DNA from: Actinomycetota bacterium
GTDB lineage: Bacteria > Actinomycetota > Actinomycetes > Nanopelagicales > Nanopelagicaceae
NCBI GenBank assembly: GCA_013205455.1
Contig: JABMMO010000004.1
Span: forward strand, 1 to 43,098
Length of the DNA stretch: 43,098 nt
Direction of reading: 5' to 3'
The position numbers and the translations under genes are program-made. Below the pieces are notes generated by a model that made no database searches, was not told where the DNA came from, and saw only the letters and a list, made by a program, of their open reading frames with translations. Each line of letters opens with the position of its first letter. The stretch's first letter is position 1. This document shows, one piece after another, positions 1-11,437 of the stretch.

Positions 1-914
<914 letters not shown>

Positions 915-1607
915 ATGACATCGGTATTGGTCGTTGATGATGATCAAGACCTTGCCGAAATGTTAGGAATCGTTTTAAACGGCGCAGGTATTGAAGTTGA
1001 TTTAGTTAGTCGTGGCGACGAAGTTATGGATGTTTTTCGAAATAATCCACCAGATTTAGTTTTGCTCGACCTAATGCTTCCTGGTCTTGATGGCATCGAA
1101 GTTTGTCGTCAAATAAGAGCTTTTTCGGTAAGAGTTCCAATCGTTATGCTCACCGCCAAGGGCGATACACATGATGTAGTACTTGGGCTTGAAGCTGGCG
1201 CTGATGATTACATGGTTAAGCCATTCAAACCCTCTGAACTAGTGGCGCGTATCCGTACTCGGTTACGTAGAACTTCTAGCGAAGTTTCGGGTATTTTATT
1301 GTTAGCAGATATCGCAATTGATATTTTAGAACATACGATTACTCGCAGCGGAAAAGAGATTCCGTTAACAAGGCTAGAATTTGATTTATTAGTAGCGTTA
1401 GCTATAGAACCCGGCCGAGTATTTACCAGAGAAGCTTTGCTAAGCGAAGTTTGGGGCTATCGACATTCAACGGACACTCGATTAGTAAATGTCCACATCC
1501 AAAGGTTGCGAGCTAAAGTTGAACATGATCCAGAAAATCCAACAATTATTACGACCGTTCGAGGAATAGGTTATAAAGCAGGAGTTTCTGGAACCCGAGG
1601 CCACTAG
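915..1607 (+). CDS. mtrA: OmpR-family response regulator MtrA
   Basis: Receiver domain (VLVVDDD, LVLLDLMLPG, MLTAKGD, KPF) plus winged-helix domain (LTRLEFDLLVAL, VWGYRH..DTRLVNVHIQRLRAKVE, TVRGIGYKAG). These are near-identical blocks to M. tuberculosis MtrA as I recall it. The ATG directly abuts the ahcY TAA, and an mtrB-like kinase follows. Confidence 0.93.
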   Translation: MTSVLVVDDDQDLAEMLGIVLNGAGIEVDLVSRGDEVMDVFRNNPPDLVLLDLMLPGLDGIEVCRQIRAFSVRVPIVMLTAKGDTHDVVLGLEAGADDYMVKPFKPSELVARIRTRLRRTSSEVSGILLLADIAIDILEHTITRSGKEIPLTRLEFDLLVALAIEPGRVFTREALLSEVWGYRHSTDTRLVNVHIQRLRAKVEHDPENPTIITTVRGIGYKAGVSGTRGH

Positions 1608-1609
1608 CC

Positions 1610-3157
1610 GTGCGTGGGTTTAAGATTTATAAAGGTTTTCGAACCTCTTTAACTTTGCGAGTCCTAAGTACAACCTTAGTTTTAACCACAATCGTCATAT
1701 GGGTAGTGGGATCAGCGCTCTTGAATCGAATCTCCACCGGAGTGGTCAATGAAAAAATTAAATCAGCTCTCTCGGAATCTACGCTCGCGGTCTATTCCGC
1801 TCAATTCAGATTCACTAGCGGCGGAGTTACAGATGCTGCACTTAAGAAAATTGCCCAAGAAGTTGTAAACGCAAAAAAAGCAATCAGAGCAACCGACTCT
1901 GGCCGTGAAGTCATTTTGATTAGGTCTGCCAAAAATTTAGATCCAGAGGTAGCAATTGACACTGTTTCTAATCGCGTTTCTTATGAATCAATTCCATCGG
2001 AACTGCGAGATCGTCTTTTGAATAGCGGTGATCCAGTTTGGGCACGATCAATAATTGAATATGCAGATGGACATAAAGTTCCAGGAATTGTTGTAGGAGA
2101 TAAATTAAGTATTCCTAGAGTTGGCCCTTACGACATCTATTTTCTTTTTAGTTTTGAAAGCCAAGTAAATACGCTTAACTTAGTAAAGAATTATTTATTT
2201 TTGGCTGGCTTTATCCTGCTACTACTTATCGTCGGCATTACTTACTTGGTTATCCGTCAAGTAATCGAACCAGTCCGAGACGCTGCAAAAATTGCGGAAG
2301 AATTTACTGCTGGAAAACTTGAGAAGAGAATATCAGTTGTTGGCAGTGATGAGATATCTAGACTTGGAATTTCATTTAATGCGATGGCCACCGCTATAGA
2401 GCAACAAATTAAACGGCTGGAAAACTTATCGAAAGTGCAACAACGATTTGTATCTGACGTTTCACACGAATTAAGAACTCCACTGACCACAATTCGAATG
2501 GCTTCTGACTTGATTTACGCCTACCGAGATAAATTTGAACCAAACATCTCTAGAAGTGCAGAATTATTACAGTCCCAAATAGATCGGTTCGAGTTGTTGC
2601 TGGCGGATTTATTGGAAGTTAGTAGATTTGACGCTATCGAAGCGGCCATGGAGATAAGTGAAATTGATCTAAACGAAATGGTGGCTCGATGCATTACAGA
2701 TTTATCTTTAATTTCAGCAGAGAAAAACGTCGTTGTAAATTTAGAGAAAGACTTGGTTAACCCAATTGTTTCAGTAGATGCGCGCCGAATTGAGCGAATT
2801 TTGCGGAATCTCCTAACAAACGCGATTGATCATGCAAATGAAAAACCGGTAGATGTAACCATTAAATCCAATAGCTCCGCGCTTTCGGTGAGTATTCGTG
2901 ATTACGGAATTGGAATCGACCCGGCCCAAGTCCCGCGAGTTTTTGACAGATTCTGGCGTGCTGACCCAGCTCGAGCGCGGAGTAGAGGTGGAACTGGTTT
3001 AGGACTTTCAATCGCCCAAGAAGATGCCCACTTACATGATGGCACCTTAAAAGCCTGGGGAAAATTAAACGAAGGCGCTCAATTTATACTTACGTTACCG
3101 CGCAAAATCGGCTGGAAAATTGAAGCGGAACCAATTGAACTCTTAACAACTAAATAA
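1610..3157 (+). CDS. mtrB: Sensor histidine kinase MtrB
   Basis: GTG start 2 nt after the mtrA stop. Two TM segments flank a ~150 aa extracytoplasmic region. HAMP-like linker, H-box SHELRTPLT, N-box RNLLTNAIDHA, G-boxes RDYGIGI and GGTGLGLSI. Confidence 0.9.
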   Translation: MRGFKIYKGFRTSLTLRVLSTTLVLTTIVIWVVGSALLNRISTGVVNEKIKSALSESTLAVYSAQFRFTSGGVTDAALKKIAQEVVNAKKAIRATDSGREVILIRSAKNLDPEVAIDTVSNRVSYESIPSELRDRLLNSGDPVWARSIIEYADGHKVPGIVVGDKLSIPRVGPYDIYFLFSFESQVNTLNLVKNYLFLAGFILLLLIVGITYLVIRQVIEPVRDAAKIAEEFTAGKLEKRISVVGSDEISRLGISFNAMATAIEQQIKRLENLSKVQQRFVSDVSHELRTPLTTIRMASDLIYAYRDKFEPNISRSAELLQSQIDRFELLLADLLEVSRFDAIEAAMEISEIDLNEMVARCITDLSLISAEKNVVVNLEKDLVNPIVSVDARRIERILRNLLTNAIDHANEKPVDVTIKSNSSALSVSIRDYGIGIDPAQVPRVFDRFWRADPARARSRGGTGLGLSIAQEDAHLHDGTLKAWGKLNEGAQFILTLPRKIGWKIEAEPIELLTTK

Positions 3158-3244
3158 TAAACAACTAATAACCACAACTAAAAGATATTCACCACTTATC
3201 ATTTTTTAAAATAACGCTGGGCTATTCATTGAGAAAATGCGTCA

Positions 3245-3940
3245 ATGCGTATTTTTTTAGATTCAATCCGGACTTTAATTTATCCCAGTTATTGTTTGAT
3301 GTGTGATCAGCCAAATACTCCACTTTGCACCTCCTGTAGATTCAAGTGGCAAAACTCATCACGTAATTTTCTAATTTCAAACCACAAAGTATCGGCTGCG
3401 ATTCCATATGATGATCGGGTGTCTCGGATCGTTCTATCTGCTAAAGAAGATAATTTAGAGGCCGCGAAAGATTGCATCTTGATGGGTTTAAATGCAGCGT
3501 TTAGACAATTGGTTCGCATACAAGATATCCCCGCTGCCACACTCTTAATTTCTATTCCATCTTCGCAGGCTGCCAACCGCAGAAGAGGTGGTGATTATTT
3601 ATTCAACCTTTCTCATCAAATTTCCAATAATTCAAAATACCCAATCTCCAAATTGTTAACCGCTCCTAAGGTTCCATTGCTAATTCAAAAATCAAATGTG
3701 CGAGATCAATCTGGATTAAGTGCGCGAGAGCGTACACAAAATATGGATTCCGCCATTTATGTCAACCCAAGAATTGCAGCTAAATTAAAAAATTTACATA
3801 CCACTGTCTTGTTAATGGACGATGTCATAACTAGCGGAGCAACGCTGAAATCGGCAATTTCTGCGCTAGCAGCCAGCAAAATCACAGTAATTGGTGCGAT
3901 TGCTGCGTGTGCGTCACGGCACCAAATGCGAATACCATAG
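3245..3940 (+). CDS. ComF-family phosphoribosyltransferase-domain protein
   Basis: N-terminal Cys4 cluster (CLMCDQ...CTSC) and C-terminal PRPP-binding loop [13 protein letters not shown]. It sits immediately upstream of secA, as the comF-like gene does in other actinobacteria. Confidence 0.8.
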   Translation: MRIFLDSIRTLIYPSYCLMCDQPNTPLCTSCRFKWQNSSRNFLISNHKVSAAIPYDDRVSRIVLSAKEDNLEAAKDCILMGLNAAFRQLVRIQDIPAATLLISIPSSQAANRRRGGDYLFNLSHQISNNSKYPISKLLTAPKVPLLIQKSNVRDQSGLSARERTQNMDSAIYVNPRIAAKLKNLHTTVLLMDDVITSGATLKSAISALAASKITVIGAIAACASRHQMRIP

Positions 3941-3944
3941 GCCA

Positions 3945-6614
3945 ATGGTTGCGATACTTGACAGGATTCTCCGCGCGGGCGAAGGCCGTACCCTAAAGCG
4001 ACTACAGAAAATTGCTGTCCAAATAAATAGTGAAGAAACGGTAATAGCGGCACTAACCGATGAACAATTGCGCGCTAAGACCGAAGAATTCCGCAATCGC
4101 TTTAATGATGGTGAAACCCTTGATGATTTACTTCCAGAAGCATTTGCAGTTGTCCGCGAAGCTGCAAAGCGGACTTTAGGGCAACGACATTACGATGTTC
4201 AGATGATGGGCGGCGCTGCACTTCATAGCGGAAATATCGCTGAGATGCGTACTGGTGAAGGAAAGACATTGGTCGCGACGCTACCTGCGTACTTAAATGC
4301 CCTGCCTGGACTTGGTGTTCACATTGTTACCACTAATGATTACCTAGCAGAGCGTGACAGCGAATGGATGGGTCGAATCCATAGATTTTTAGGATTGAAA
4401 GTTGGTGTAATTCTTGCTTCGATGTCACCGAGCGAACGGCGCGAACAATACGCCGCAGATATTACTTACGGCACAAATAACGAATTCGGTTTTGATTATT
4501 TGCGTGACAACATGGCGTGGTCGCTCGAAGATTGTGTCCAACGAAAACATAATTACGCAATCGTTGACGAAGTGGATTCAATTCTTATTGACGAAGCCCG
4601 AACTCCATTAATTATCTCCGGACCCGCCGATAAAGCCACTAAATGGTATGTCGAATTCGCAAATATCGTGACACGACTTTCACGTGAAACTCATTATGAA
4701 GTTGATGAGAAAAAGCGAACCGTTGGAATTTTAGAATCAGGCGTAACTAAAGTTGAAGAATTCTTAAGAATTGAAAATTTATATGAATCCGTAAACACCC
4801 CAATGATTGGCTATTTAAATAACGCCATCAGAGCAAAAGAACTATTTAAGCGAGATAAAGACTATGTTGTAATGAATGGTGAATTGCTGATTGTTGATGA
4901 GCACACCGGCCGCATGCTTTCGGGACGTCGCTACAGCGAAGGTTTACACCAAGCTTTAGAAGCCAAAGAAAAAGTTGAGATTAAAGACGAGAACCAAACA
5001 CTCGCGACGATTACACTCCAAAATTATTTCCGACTCTACGAAAAAATTTCCGGCATGACTGGAACCGCGATGACTGAGGCTTCGGAATTCATACAGATTT
5101 ACAAGCTCGGTGTAATCCCAATTCCAACTAATCGCGACATGCAACGATTGGATCAAGCAGATTTAGTTTACAAAACCGAAGCTGCAAAATTTGAAGCAGT
5201 CGCTAGCGATATCTTAGAGCGTCACCGCAAAGGGCAACCAGTTTTAGTAGGAACAGTAAGCGTTGAAAAATCTGAATTGCTTTCTCTAACGCTTCGCAAA
5301 AAAGGAATTCCGCACGAAGTTTTAAACGCAAAACAACATGAACGGGAAGCTGCAGTAATTGCACGCGCCGGAACCCTTGGCGCTGTAACAGTTGCGACAA
5401 ATATGGCTGGTCGTGGAACTGACATCATGCTCGGCGGTAACCCTGAATTTATGGCTGATTTTGAATTGCAGCGCCAAGGCATTTCTCCGGTAGATAATGC
5501 GAATCAATATGAAAATTTATGGCCGAACGAAATTGCTAAACAAAAATCTGCAGTTGCTAAAGAACACGAAGAAGTTGTAGCACTTGGCGGACTTTATGTT
5601 CTCGGTACTGAGCGCCATGAATCACGCCGCATTGATAATCAATTACGTGGTCGATCTGGCCGTCAAGGTGACCCTGGTGAATCTCGCTTTTATTTATCGC
5701 TACAAGATGAATTAATGCGTCGCTTCAATTCGGCAATGGTGGAACGTTTCTTGACCGCTGCTGGTATCCCAGAAGATCAACCAATCGAATCCAAGATGGT
5801 TTCAAACGCCATTCGTTCAGCGCAAACTCAAGTCGAGTCCCAGAATTTTGAAATGCGTAAAAATGTATTGAAATATGACGATGTTATGAACCGCCAACGT
5901 GAAGTTGTTTACGGGGAGCGCCGTGAAGTTTTGGAAGGTGCCGATATAAATGAACAAGTTTCCGAATTTATCGATGACACCATTTCAGCTTATGTAAATT
6001 CTGCAACGGGTGAGGGCTTCCCCGAAGATTGGGATCTAGATACTTTATGGACCGCTTTAAAATCACTCTACCCAATTTCATTTACAGTCACCGACGTTGA
6101 AAATGAAATAGGTGGCCGCGCTGGAATCGATAATGAATATTTGCTAACTAAAATTATCGATGACTCCAGAGTCCAATACACAAATCGCGAATCAACTCTA
6201 ACCCCCGAAGTTATGCGAGAATTGGAACGAAAAGTCTTACTCTCAGTGTTAGATCGTAAATGGCGAGAGCATCTATACGAGATGGATTATCTACAAGAGG
6301 GCATTGGTTTGCGCGCGATGGCGCAACGTGATCCATTAGTTGAGTATCAAAAAGAAGGTTACGAACTTTTCGCTGCGATGATGGAATCAATCAAAGAAGA
6401 GATGGTTGGTTATCTATTCAATGTAGAAGTAAGCGTTGAATCCGATAGCGTGGAAGCAAAGGGTTTACAACAAAATAAACCAACTCAAGAATTGAAATAT
6501 ACAGCGCCAAGTGAATCTGGAACCATAAGCCGGGATAACAGTGTTTCTAGAAACTCACCATGTCCTTGTGGATCCGGGAAGAAATATAAAAGATGTCATG
6601 GAGCGCCAAACTAG
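3945..6614 (+). CDS. secA: Preprotein translocase ATPase SecA
   Basis: I chose the ATG at 3945 ([20 protein letters not shown], a canonical SecA N-terminus), 4 nt after the comF stop. The track start at 3891 would overlap comF. Walker [28 protein letters not shown], and C-terminal zinc finger [14 protein letters not shown]. Confidence 0.97.
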   Translation: MVAILDRILRAGEGRTLKRLQKIAVQINSEETVIAALTDEQLRAKTEEFRNRFNDGETLDDLLPEAFAVVREAAKRTLGQRHYDVQMMGGAALHSGNIAEMRTGEGKTLVATLPAYLNALPGLGVHIVTTNDYLAERDSEWMGRIHRFLGLKVGVILASMSPSERREQYAADITYGTNNEFGFDYLRDNMAWSLEDCVQRKHNYAIVDEVDSILIDEARTPLIISGPADKATKWYVEFANIVTRLSRETHYEVDEKKRTVGILESGVTKVEEFLRIENLYESVNTPMIGYLNNAIRAKELFKRDKDYVVMNGELLIVDEHTGRMLSGRRYSEGLHQALEAKEKVEIKDENQTLATITLQNYFRLYEKISGMTGTAMTEASEFIQIYKLGVIPIPTNRDMQRLDQADLVYKTEAAKFEAVASDILERHRKGQPVLVGTVSVEKSELLSLTLRKKGIPHEVLNAKQHEREAAVIARAGTLGAVTVATNMAGRGTDIMLGGNPEFMADFELQRQGISPVDNANQYENLWPNEIAKQKSAVAKEHEEVVALGGLYVLGTERHESRRIDNQLRGRSGRQGDPGESRFYLSLQDELMRRFNSAMVERFLTAAGIPEDQPIESKMVSNAIRSAQTQVESQNFEMRKNVLKYDDVMNRQREVVYGERREVLEGADINEQVSEFIDDTISAYVNSATGEGFPEDWDLDTLWTALKSLYPISFTVTDVENEIGGRAGIDNEYLLTKIIDDSRVQYTNRESTLTPEVMRELERKVLLSVLDRKWREHLYEMDYLQEGIGLRAMAQRDPLVEYQKEGYELFAAMMESIKEEMVGYLFNVEVSVESDSVEAKGLQQNKPTQELKYTAPSESGTISRDNSVSRNSPCPCGSGKKYKRCHGAPN

Positions 6615-6617
6615 AAA

Positions 6618-7145
6618 TTAGATTAGAAAAAGTTCGGTGCATAACCAACGCTTATCAACCCCTTCAAATCTAATTACCAGTGACCTTATTCGCTCACCAA
6701 ATCTAAGCGTTACTGTTACTTCTTCCACGCCCTCGATTGGTTGACTCCGATAAATTTTGCGAACTTTTGGAAGTGTACTAATTGAGCCAATTTTGCGGAT
6801 AAGTTCTTGATAGATAGCGCGATGACACCATCGGGAGAGTTGTTGCGGAGCGCGTTGTCCGATCCATATTTCTAATAGAGTAACCACGAATTTTTTTAAC
6901 CAAGGTTCAATATCTGGCAGTTCGTCTAGCGAACTTGGTTGCGGCGCAAAATCCGGATCGTACTCATCCCCAAATGTTGTTGGTACTAAATAAAGCTTCC
7001 GACTATTTACGTTCACATTTGATTCTGGTGGTGGTTGAAATAGCGCGAGCATGGGATGTGACCAAAGTTGTGAATCAAAATTGAAATTTGGTTCTGCCAA
7101 GCTAACTTCGTGGAATTGGATTTTATCGATATCTATATTTGTCAT
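6618..7145 (-). CDS. Rv3235-family conserved actinobacterial protein (function unknown)
   Basis: Convergent with secA with a 3-nt gap. The C-terminal pattern (LLEIWIGQRAPQQLSRWCH..IYQEL...RSLVIRFEGVDKRWLCTEL) matches the Rv3235-type proteins found next to secA1 in actinobacteria, as I recall them. Confidence 0.65.
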   Translation of the reverse strand: MTNIDIDKIQFHEVSLAEPNFNFDSQLWSHPMLALFQPPPESNVNVNSRKLYLVPTTFGDEYDPDFAPQPSSLDELPDIEPWLKKFVVTLLEIWIGQRAPQQLSRWCHRAIYQELIRKIGSISTLPKVRKIYRSQPIEGVEEVTVTLRFGERIRSLVIRFEGVDKRWLCTELFLI

Positions 7146-7238
7146 GGCGAGATCTTGATCGAAAACTACCGAGAGTTAATCGGGCAAAAGCTGAGGTTTA
7201 CTCGGCTAAAAGTATGACTGTGGACAACTTATTAGAAA

Positions 7239-7889
7239 ATGTCAGTTATGGGTTATTTATCAACCATGAAAAAAATCGAAAATCTAATAACCAGAAGAAA
7301 GATCAAAACTAACTCACGCACCATTATTGGAATCTTTATGATTCTTTTAGCATTTATTGCGGCTGCATTAATAAATAGAGAATCTAATCGCACAGTATTA
7401 GTTTGGGGAAGTTACGGTGAATTAGCACCCGGAGATGTAATTGCACAATCAGATCTGGTGCCGATTCGAGTTATGTTGCCAGAGAACTCTAGGAGATACA
7501 TATCGGTAAAAGCAGATCTAATTGGAACTGTAGTTGTTCGCAAACTTGGTGCTCATGAATTAATTCCCATGGAATCGCTTACAAATGCACCATACGGAAT
7601 CGATACCCGAGAAACCCCAATTGAAGTGTTAAAAAATGATTTGCCTGCAGATTTGGTTCGTGGTTCTATTGTTGATATTTATGCGCTTCCAAATGAAATT
7701 ATGCAAAACGCTGGTCGGATGGATGCAACCCGCTTAGTTGCAGTCGAGGTATCGATTGTTTCAGTCGATCAAAAATCTAAAGATCTAGGTGGCAGCGTTG
7801 GTGTTGTGCTTTCACTACCGAATTCAAGTGTTATATCTATGTTGGCTGAGGTCCCAACTCATCGGATCGTGTTGGTTAAACATGGCTAA
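7239..7889 (+). CDS. SAF-domain / CpaB(RcpC)-like single-pass membrane protein
   Basis: An N-terminal basic stretch and TM helix (IIGIFMILLAFIAAALI) are followed by a SAF-like segment (LAPGDVIAQSDLVPIRV ... KLGAHELIPMESL). The start could also be the ATG at 7266. Confidence 0.6.
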   Translation: MSVMGYLSTMKKIENLITRRKIKTNSRTIIGIFMILLAFIAAALINRESNRTVLVWGSYGELAPGDVIAQSDLVPIRVMLPENSRRYISVKADLIGTVVVRKLGAHELIPMESLTNAPYGIDTRETPIEVLKNDLPADLVRGSIVDIYALPNEIMQNAGRMDATRLVAVEVSIVSVDQKSKDLGGSVGVVLSLPNSSVISMLAEVPTHRIVLVKHG

Positions 7890-8961
7890 TTTGAATCCAC
7901 TCAAGGCAGCAGTCAATGTAATTACTGGGATCGCTAACCCAGAACGCGAAGCATTTGTAGCTCGCACCTTATTTGAATCTGGAAAGAACATAATTTTTCG
8001 GGCAATTTCTGGCCAAGATTTATTAGAATTTTTGAGAAATAGATCTCTGGATGGCGCAAGGTGGATTGTGATTTACACCAATGATCTACCCGGAATAGCA
8101 GAAATCGATATTGCAACCTGGAACGATGCCGAGACTTCGATAATTGATTTAGGGAACAACTCAATTAATATTGATTTGAACGCGCTTAACGAAATGATCT
8201 CAAGGTCACTTCGTAATCCGTTAGTTCACACCAATCCCACCAGCTATTTGCAAAATTCAGCTCGGTATCGATCGTTAATTGGAATAATCGGAAGCGCTGG
8301 TGCACCAGGCAGAACTTCAATATCACTAAACCTTGCTGCAGAAGCAGCGCAACAACAACAAACCGCGCTAATAGATGCCGATAATGCGGCACCAGCTTTG
8401 GCGCTACTGCTCGGTCAATCAGATGAAAGTTTGCGAAACGAATTTCCTTTGACTGAAAATCTCACGCTTTTTACCGACTTAAGTTCCACCAATGAAAAAT
8501 TCCAGAACTTAATAGATATTAATTCTAAAATATATGTTGATTTAGGAGTCATGCCTAAGTTTGCTGATGCCATTATAGATCGAAGAAAATCTGCCCAAGA
8601 GTTTGCTCAATGGTTTGAAAAATTAAGTGCCATTATTTATGTTGCAAAATCGGAAGAATATTCAATGCGTGCGTTAGAGCGGTTTATTGATAGTCGTTCT
8701 GACTTACCGAAGAACCTCAAGGTATTTTATATTCTCAATAAATCTGGAACTTCTAGAAGACACCGCACAATCGAACGGAGATTTCAAGCATTGATACCGC
8801 ACGGTTCTGGGCTGGTAATTCCCTATGACTATTCCGCTTTTGATCGCGCTCAAACCAATTGTTCGCCGATTTCTGGCGTAGCCCCACGCAGCGCAATTCG
8901 AAAGTCATTTGCTGAATTGTTGGCTCGAATTGAGAATCTTGAGACTCAATCTTCTCGCTAG
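7882..8961 (+). CDS. CpaE/TadZ/Ssd-like MinD-ParA-fold protein with degenerate Walker A
   Basis: The ATG at 7882 overlaps the upstream stop by 8 nt (ATGGCTAA). The N-terminal ~150 aa look receiver-like. The P-loop region is IGIIGSAGAPGRTS (Arg in place of the Walker Lys), followed by LIDADNAAPALALLLG and IYVDLG, a MinD/ParA-like layout. Confidence 0.55.
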   Translation: MANLNPLKAAVNVITGIANPEREAFVARTLFESGKNIIFRAISGQDLLEFLRNRSLDGARWIVIYTNDLPGIAEIDIATWNDAETSIIDLGNNSINIDLNALNEMISRSLRNPLVHTNPTSYLQNSARYRSLIGIIGSAGAPGRTSISLNLAAEAAQQQQTALIDADNAAPALALLLGQSDESLRNEFPLTENLTLFTDLSSTNEKFQNLIDINSKIYVDLGVMPKFADAIIDRRKSAQEFAQWFEKLSAIIYVAKSEEYSMRALERFIDSRSDLPKNLKVFYILNKSGTSRRHRTIERRFQALIPHGSGLVIPYDYSAFDRAQTNCSPISGVAPRSAIRKSFAELLARIENLETQSSR

Positions 8962-8970
8962 GATTTCCCC

Positions 8971-10452
8971 ATGCAAACTTTCAGTAGCGCACTTACGCAA
9001 CGAACTGCGTTAAGCGAATCTGATATTTTGCGATTATCCGAATTGGTAGCTGAATGGCAATTATTAGCTGATCTCTCCTTTGCAGATTTAATACTCTGGG
9101 TACCGCGCCGTAAAGATTATAAATCTTGGCCAGAAGGTCACGTCGCAATTGCGCATATACGTCCAACAACTGCCGCAACAGTATTTAGCCAAAACGTAAT
9201 TGGTAATGAAATTCTCTGGGGGAGTAAGCCTCGGATCGATCAAGCGCTTTCTAATGGTGAAATTATTCGAGATACCGAACCTGAAAAAGTAGGCGAGATA
9301 CTCGTTAAAGAAGAAACAGTTCCAGTATTTTTTGAAGGCAATTTCATAGCCGTGATTTCGCGCTATCGCAATGTTGAAACAATGCGCACCCCATCGAAAC
9401 TTGAATTAAATTATCGCGAGATTGCTCATAAAATTTATAAAATGGTTTCTGAAGGCAACTTCCCAATTAAAGAAAGTGTCTATCTAGCAGAGTCAGCGCC
9501 TCGAGTTGGAGATGGCTTAATCAGATTAGATGTAAATGGCGTCGTGATTTTTGCTAGTCCAAATGCTAGATCTGCGCTAAATAAAGTTGGTTGGCCGAGT
9601 GATTTAGAAGGCCATAATTTGGGTGATGTTTTGGATTCGCTCCAAACTGGAAGCATTAGGTATATTCCACGTGAAGAGAATTGGCACGTTGCAATGAGCG
9701 GAAAAGCGCTACGCCGAGAAGAATTTGATTGCGAAACTGGCACCATTGATTTACTTTCAATTCCATTAACTCAAGCTAACGACCGAATTGGCGCAATTGT
9801 GTTAGCGCACAACGTTACCGAATTACGGAGACGAGATAGAGCGCTCCTGTCGAAAGATGCAACCATTCGGGAAATTCATCATCGGGTTAAGAATAATTTG
9901 CAGACTGTTTCAGCTTTACTCAGATTGCAATCACGGCGTATTGATGACCCAAACGCCAGTGCAGCCTTAGAGGAAGCTGTGCGCAGAGTTGCATCTATCG
10001 CGATTGTGCACGAAACGCTATCTACAAGCGATCAAGAGACAGTTGCTTTCGATGAAGTAATGGATCGAATCATGGCTAATGCGGTTGAATTAAGTACTCG
10101 CACCAATGAGATTTCCATCGAACGAACTGGTAATTTTGGCGGTTTTCCTGCGATAGTTGCAACACCACTTGCTCTTGTTCTAACCGAACTAATTCACAAC
10201 GCGCTGGAACATGGTTTAGGAAGTGTTGGTAGTAAATTGGAATTGCGAGTTGAGCGAACTGAAACTCTTTGTAGAGTTCACGTAATCGATAACGGTAGCG
10301 GGCTCGCAGAAGGATTTAAGCCAGAACAAGAAGCCAACCTTGGTTTGCAAATTGTGCAAACGCTCACTGTAAATGAATTAAATGGAAGTATTGAATTTAA
10401 GCGGCTTACTGAAGGAACTGAAGCAGTTGTAACGTTTCCGATTAGAAATTAG
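8971..10452 (+). CDS. pdtaS: Cytosolic GAF/PAS sensor histidine kinase PdtaS
   Basis: No TM segments. HisKA_2-type H-box IREIHHRVKNNLQTVSALLRLQSRR. ATPase blocks ELIHNALEHG, DNGSGL, LGLQIV. Convergent with whiB1, as Rv3220c is with Rv3219. Confidence 0.85.
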   Translation: MQTFSSALTQRTALSESDILRLSELVAEWQLLADLSFADLILWVPRRKDYKSWPEGHVAIAHIRPTTAATVFSQNVIGNEILWGSKPRIDQALSNGEIIRDTEPEKVGEILVKEETVPVFFEGNFIAVISRYRNVETMRTPSKLELNYREIAHKIYKMVSEGNFPIKESVYLAESAPRVGDGLIRLDVNGVVIFASPNARSALNKVGWPSDLEGHNLGDVLDSLQTGSIRYIPREENWHVAMSGKALRREEFDCETGTIDLLSIPLTQANDRIGAIVLAHNVTELRRRDRALLSKDATIREIHHRVKNNLQTVSALLRLQSRRIDDPNASAALEEAVRRVASIAIVHETLSTSDQETVAFDEVMDRIMANAVELSTRTNEISIERTGNFGGFPAIVATPLALVLTELIHNALEHGLGSVGSKLELRVERTETLCRVHVIDNGSGLAEGFKPEQEANLGLQIVQTLTVNELNGSIEFKRLTEGTEAVVTFPIRN

Positions 10453-10718
10453 AAGCGGTTCTGATTTTCCAATTGTCGAGCGCGGTTTCTAGCAGCGCGA
10501 CGTTTCATAGCACGGCGTTCATCTTCAGAAAGCCCACCCCATACGCCAGCATCCTGTCCGCTTTCTAACGCCCAAGCCAAACAAGCTTCTTTAACATCGC
10601 AGCGATTACAGACTTTTTTCGCTTCTTCAATTTGAGCTAACGCAGGACCAGTATTCCCAATCGGAAAGAAGAGTTCTGGATCTTCATCGCGACAAGCTGA
10701 TTTATGACGCCAATCCAT
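10449..10718 (-). CDS. whiB1: WhiB-family [4Fe-4S] transcription factor, WhiB1-like
   Basis: MDWRHKSACRDEDPELFFP..GPALAQIEEAKKVCNRCDVKEACLAWAL..GVWGGLSEDERRAMKRR has four Cys, the GVWGG turn and a basic tail. Strong SD GGAGGAG upstream. The stop overlaps the pdtaS stop by 4 nt. Confidence 0.93.
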   Translation of the reverse strand: MDWRHKSACRDEDPELFFPIGNTGPALAQIEEAKKVCNRCDVKEACLAWALESGQDAGVWGGLSEDERRAMKRRAARNRARQLENQNRF

Positions 10719-10912
10719 TCCTACTCCTCCTAACTTTTACCTTGGCTCTGCCCTGACTTTCGACATGGCCGAACCAAAACCAATGTATTTTCTGCTGATC
10801 GCCGGAATCGACAATATGGTTATTATCCCTCGTTAAAGTTGTATAAACAAGGACATTCACCTGGCAATTCGCTTAAAGTGCTTTATCTCATAATCCCTGA
10901 AAGAATATCGCC

Positions 10913-11437
10913 ATGTCTGATTTAGCATATTTTGCAACGGGTTGCTTCTGGGGTGCTGAGCGTAGATTTTGGAATCTCAATGGTGTCACAAATACATCAG
11001 TTGGTTATATGGGAGGGGCTACCTCTAACCCAACTTATGAAGAAGTTTGTACTGGGAAAACGGGCCATGCAGAATTAGTTAAAGTTGAGTTTGATTCAAA
11101 CACAATTTCTTATAAACGTTTGCTTGAAGAATTTTGGGTTATGCATGATCCAACTTCGCTTAACAAACAAGGTGGCGATATCGGTACCCAGTATCGCAGC
11201 GCAATCTTTACCACAACTCCGGAGCAGATGATCGATGCGGTAAACACTAGAGATATTTATGAAGCCGAACTAAAGAAGTTTGGAATCAGTGAAATTGTTA
11301 CCGAAATTCAAGAAGTAGGCGAATATAAGTATTGGATTGCCGAGGAGTATCACCAACGTTACCTAGAAAAAAACCCGAATGGTTACGACTGTCATTCTTC
11401 AACCGGAATTGAATTTCCGATGGCTGCGCATGAATAA
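10913..11437 (+). CDS. msrA: Peptide-methionine (S)-S-oxide reductase MsrA
   Basis: Active-site motif GCFWGAE near the N-terminus, plus HDPT and QYRSAIF blocks. Confidence 0.93.
   Translation: MSDLAYFATGCFWGAERRFWNLNGVTNTSVGYMGGATSNPTYEEVCTGKTGHAELVKVEFDSNTISYKRLLEEFWVMHDPTSLNKQGGDIGTQYRSAIFTTTPEQMIDAVNTRDIYEAELKKFGISEIVTEIQEVGEYKYWIAEEYHQRYLEKNPNGYDCHSSTGIEFPMAAHE

Noticed and set aside
3891-3944. Upstream extensions of track ORFs. These are secA from 3891, the CpaE-like gene from 7789, msrB from 11379, hpf from 16803, the oxidoreductase from 20080, iolD from 24077, the SBP from 28588 and the ROK gene from 34056.
   Set aside because: In each case the extension overlaps the neighbouring gene or lies on top of a Shine-Dalgarno sequence. 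An internal ATG or GTG gives a canonical N-terminus and tight coupling to the upstream stop.
4956-5507. Antisense and alternative-frame ORFs of 60-157 aa inside well-identified genes. Examples are 4414..4611, 4956..5156, 5203..5507, 2257..2490, 14632..15027, 15958..16431, 22978..23516, 33133..33513 and 37813..38147.
   Set aside because: They lie wholly within strongly supported CDSs and their translations are compositionally biased (Ser/Arg/Cys/Pro-rich, no motifs). They behave as shadow ORFs of the real frame.
10840-10855. A possible CRP-type site, TGTATAAACAAGGACA, in the whiB1-msrA intergenic region. In M. tuberculosis whiB1 is CRP-regulated.
   Set aside because: Only the outer TGT/ACA triplets match the TGTGA-N6-TCACA consensus, and a match of that size is expected by chance in AT-rich DNA.
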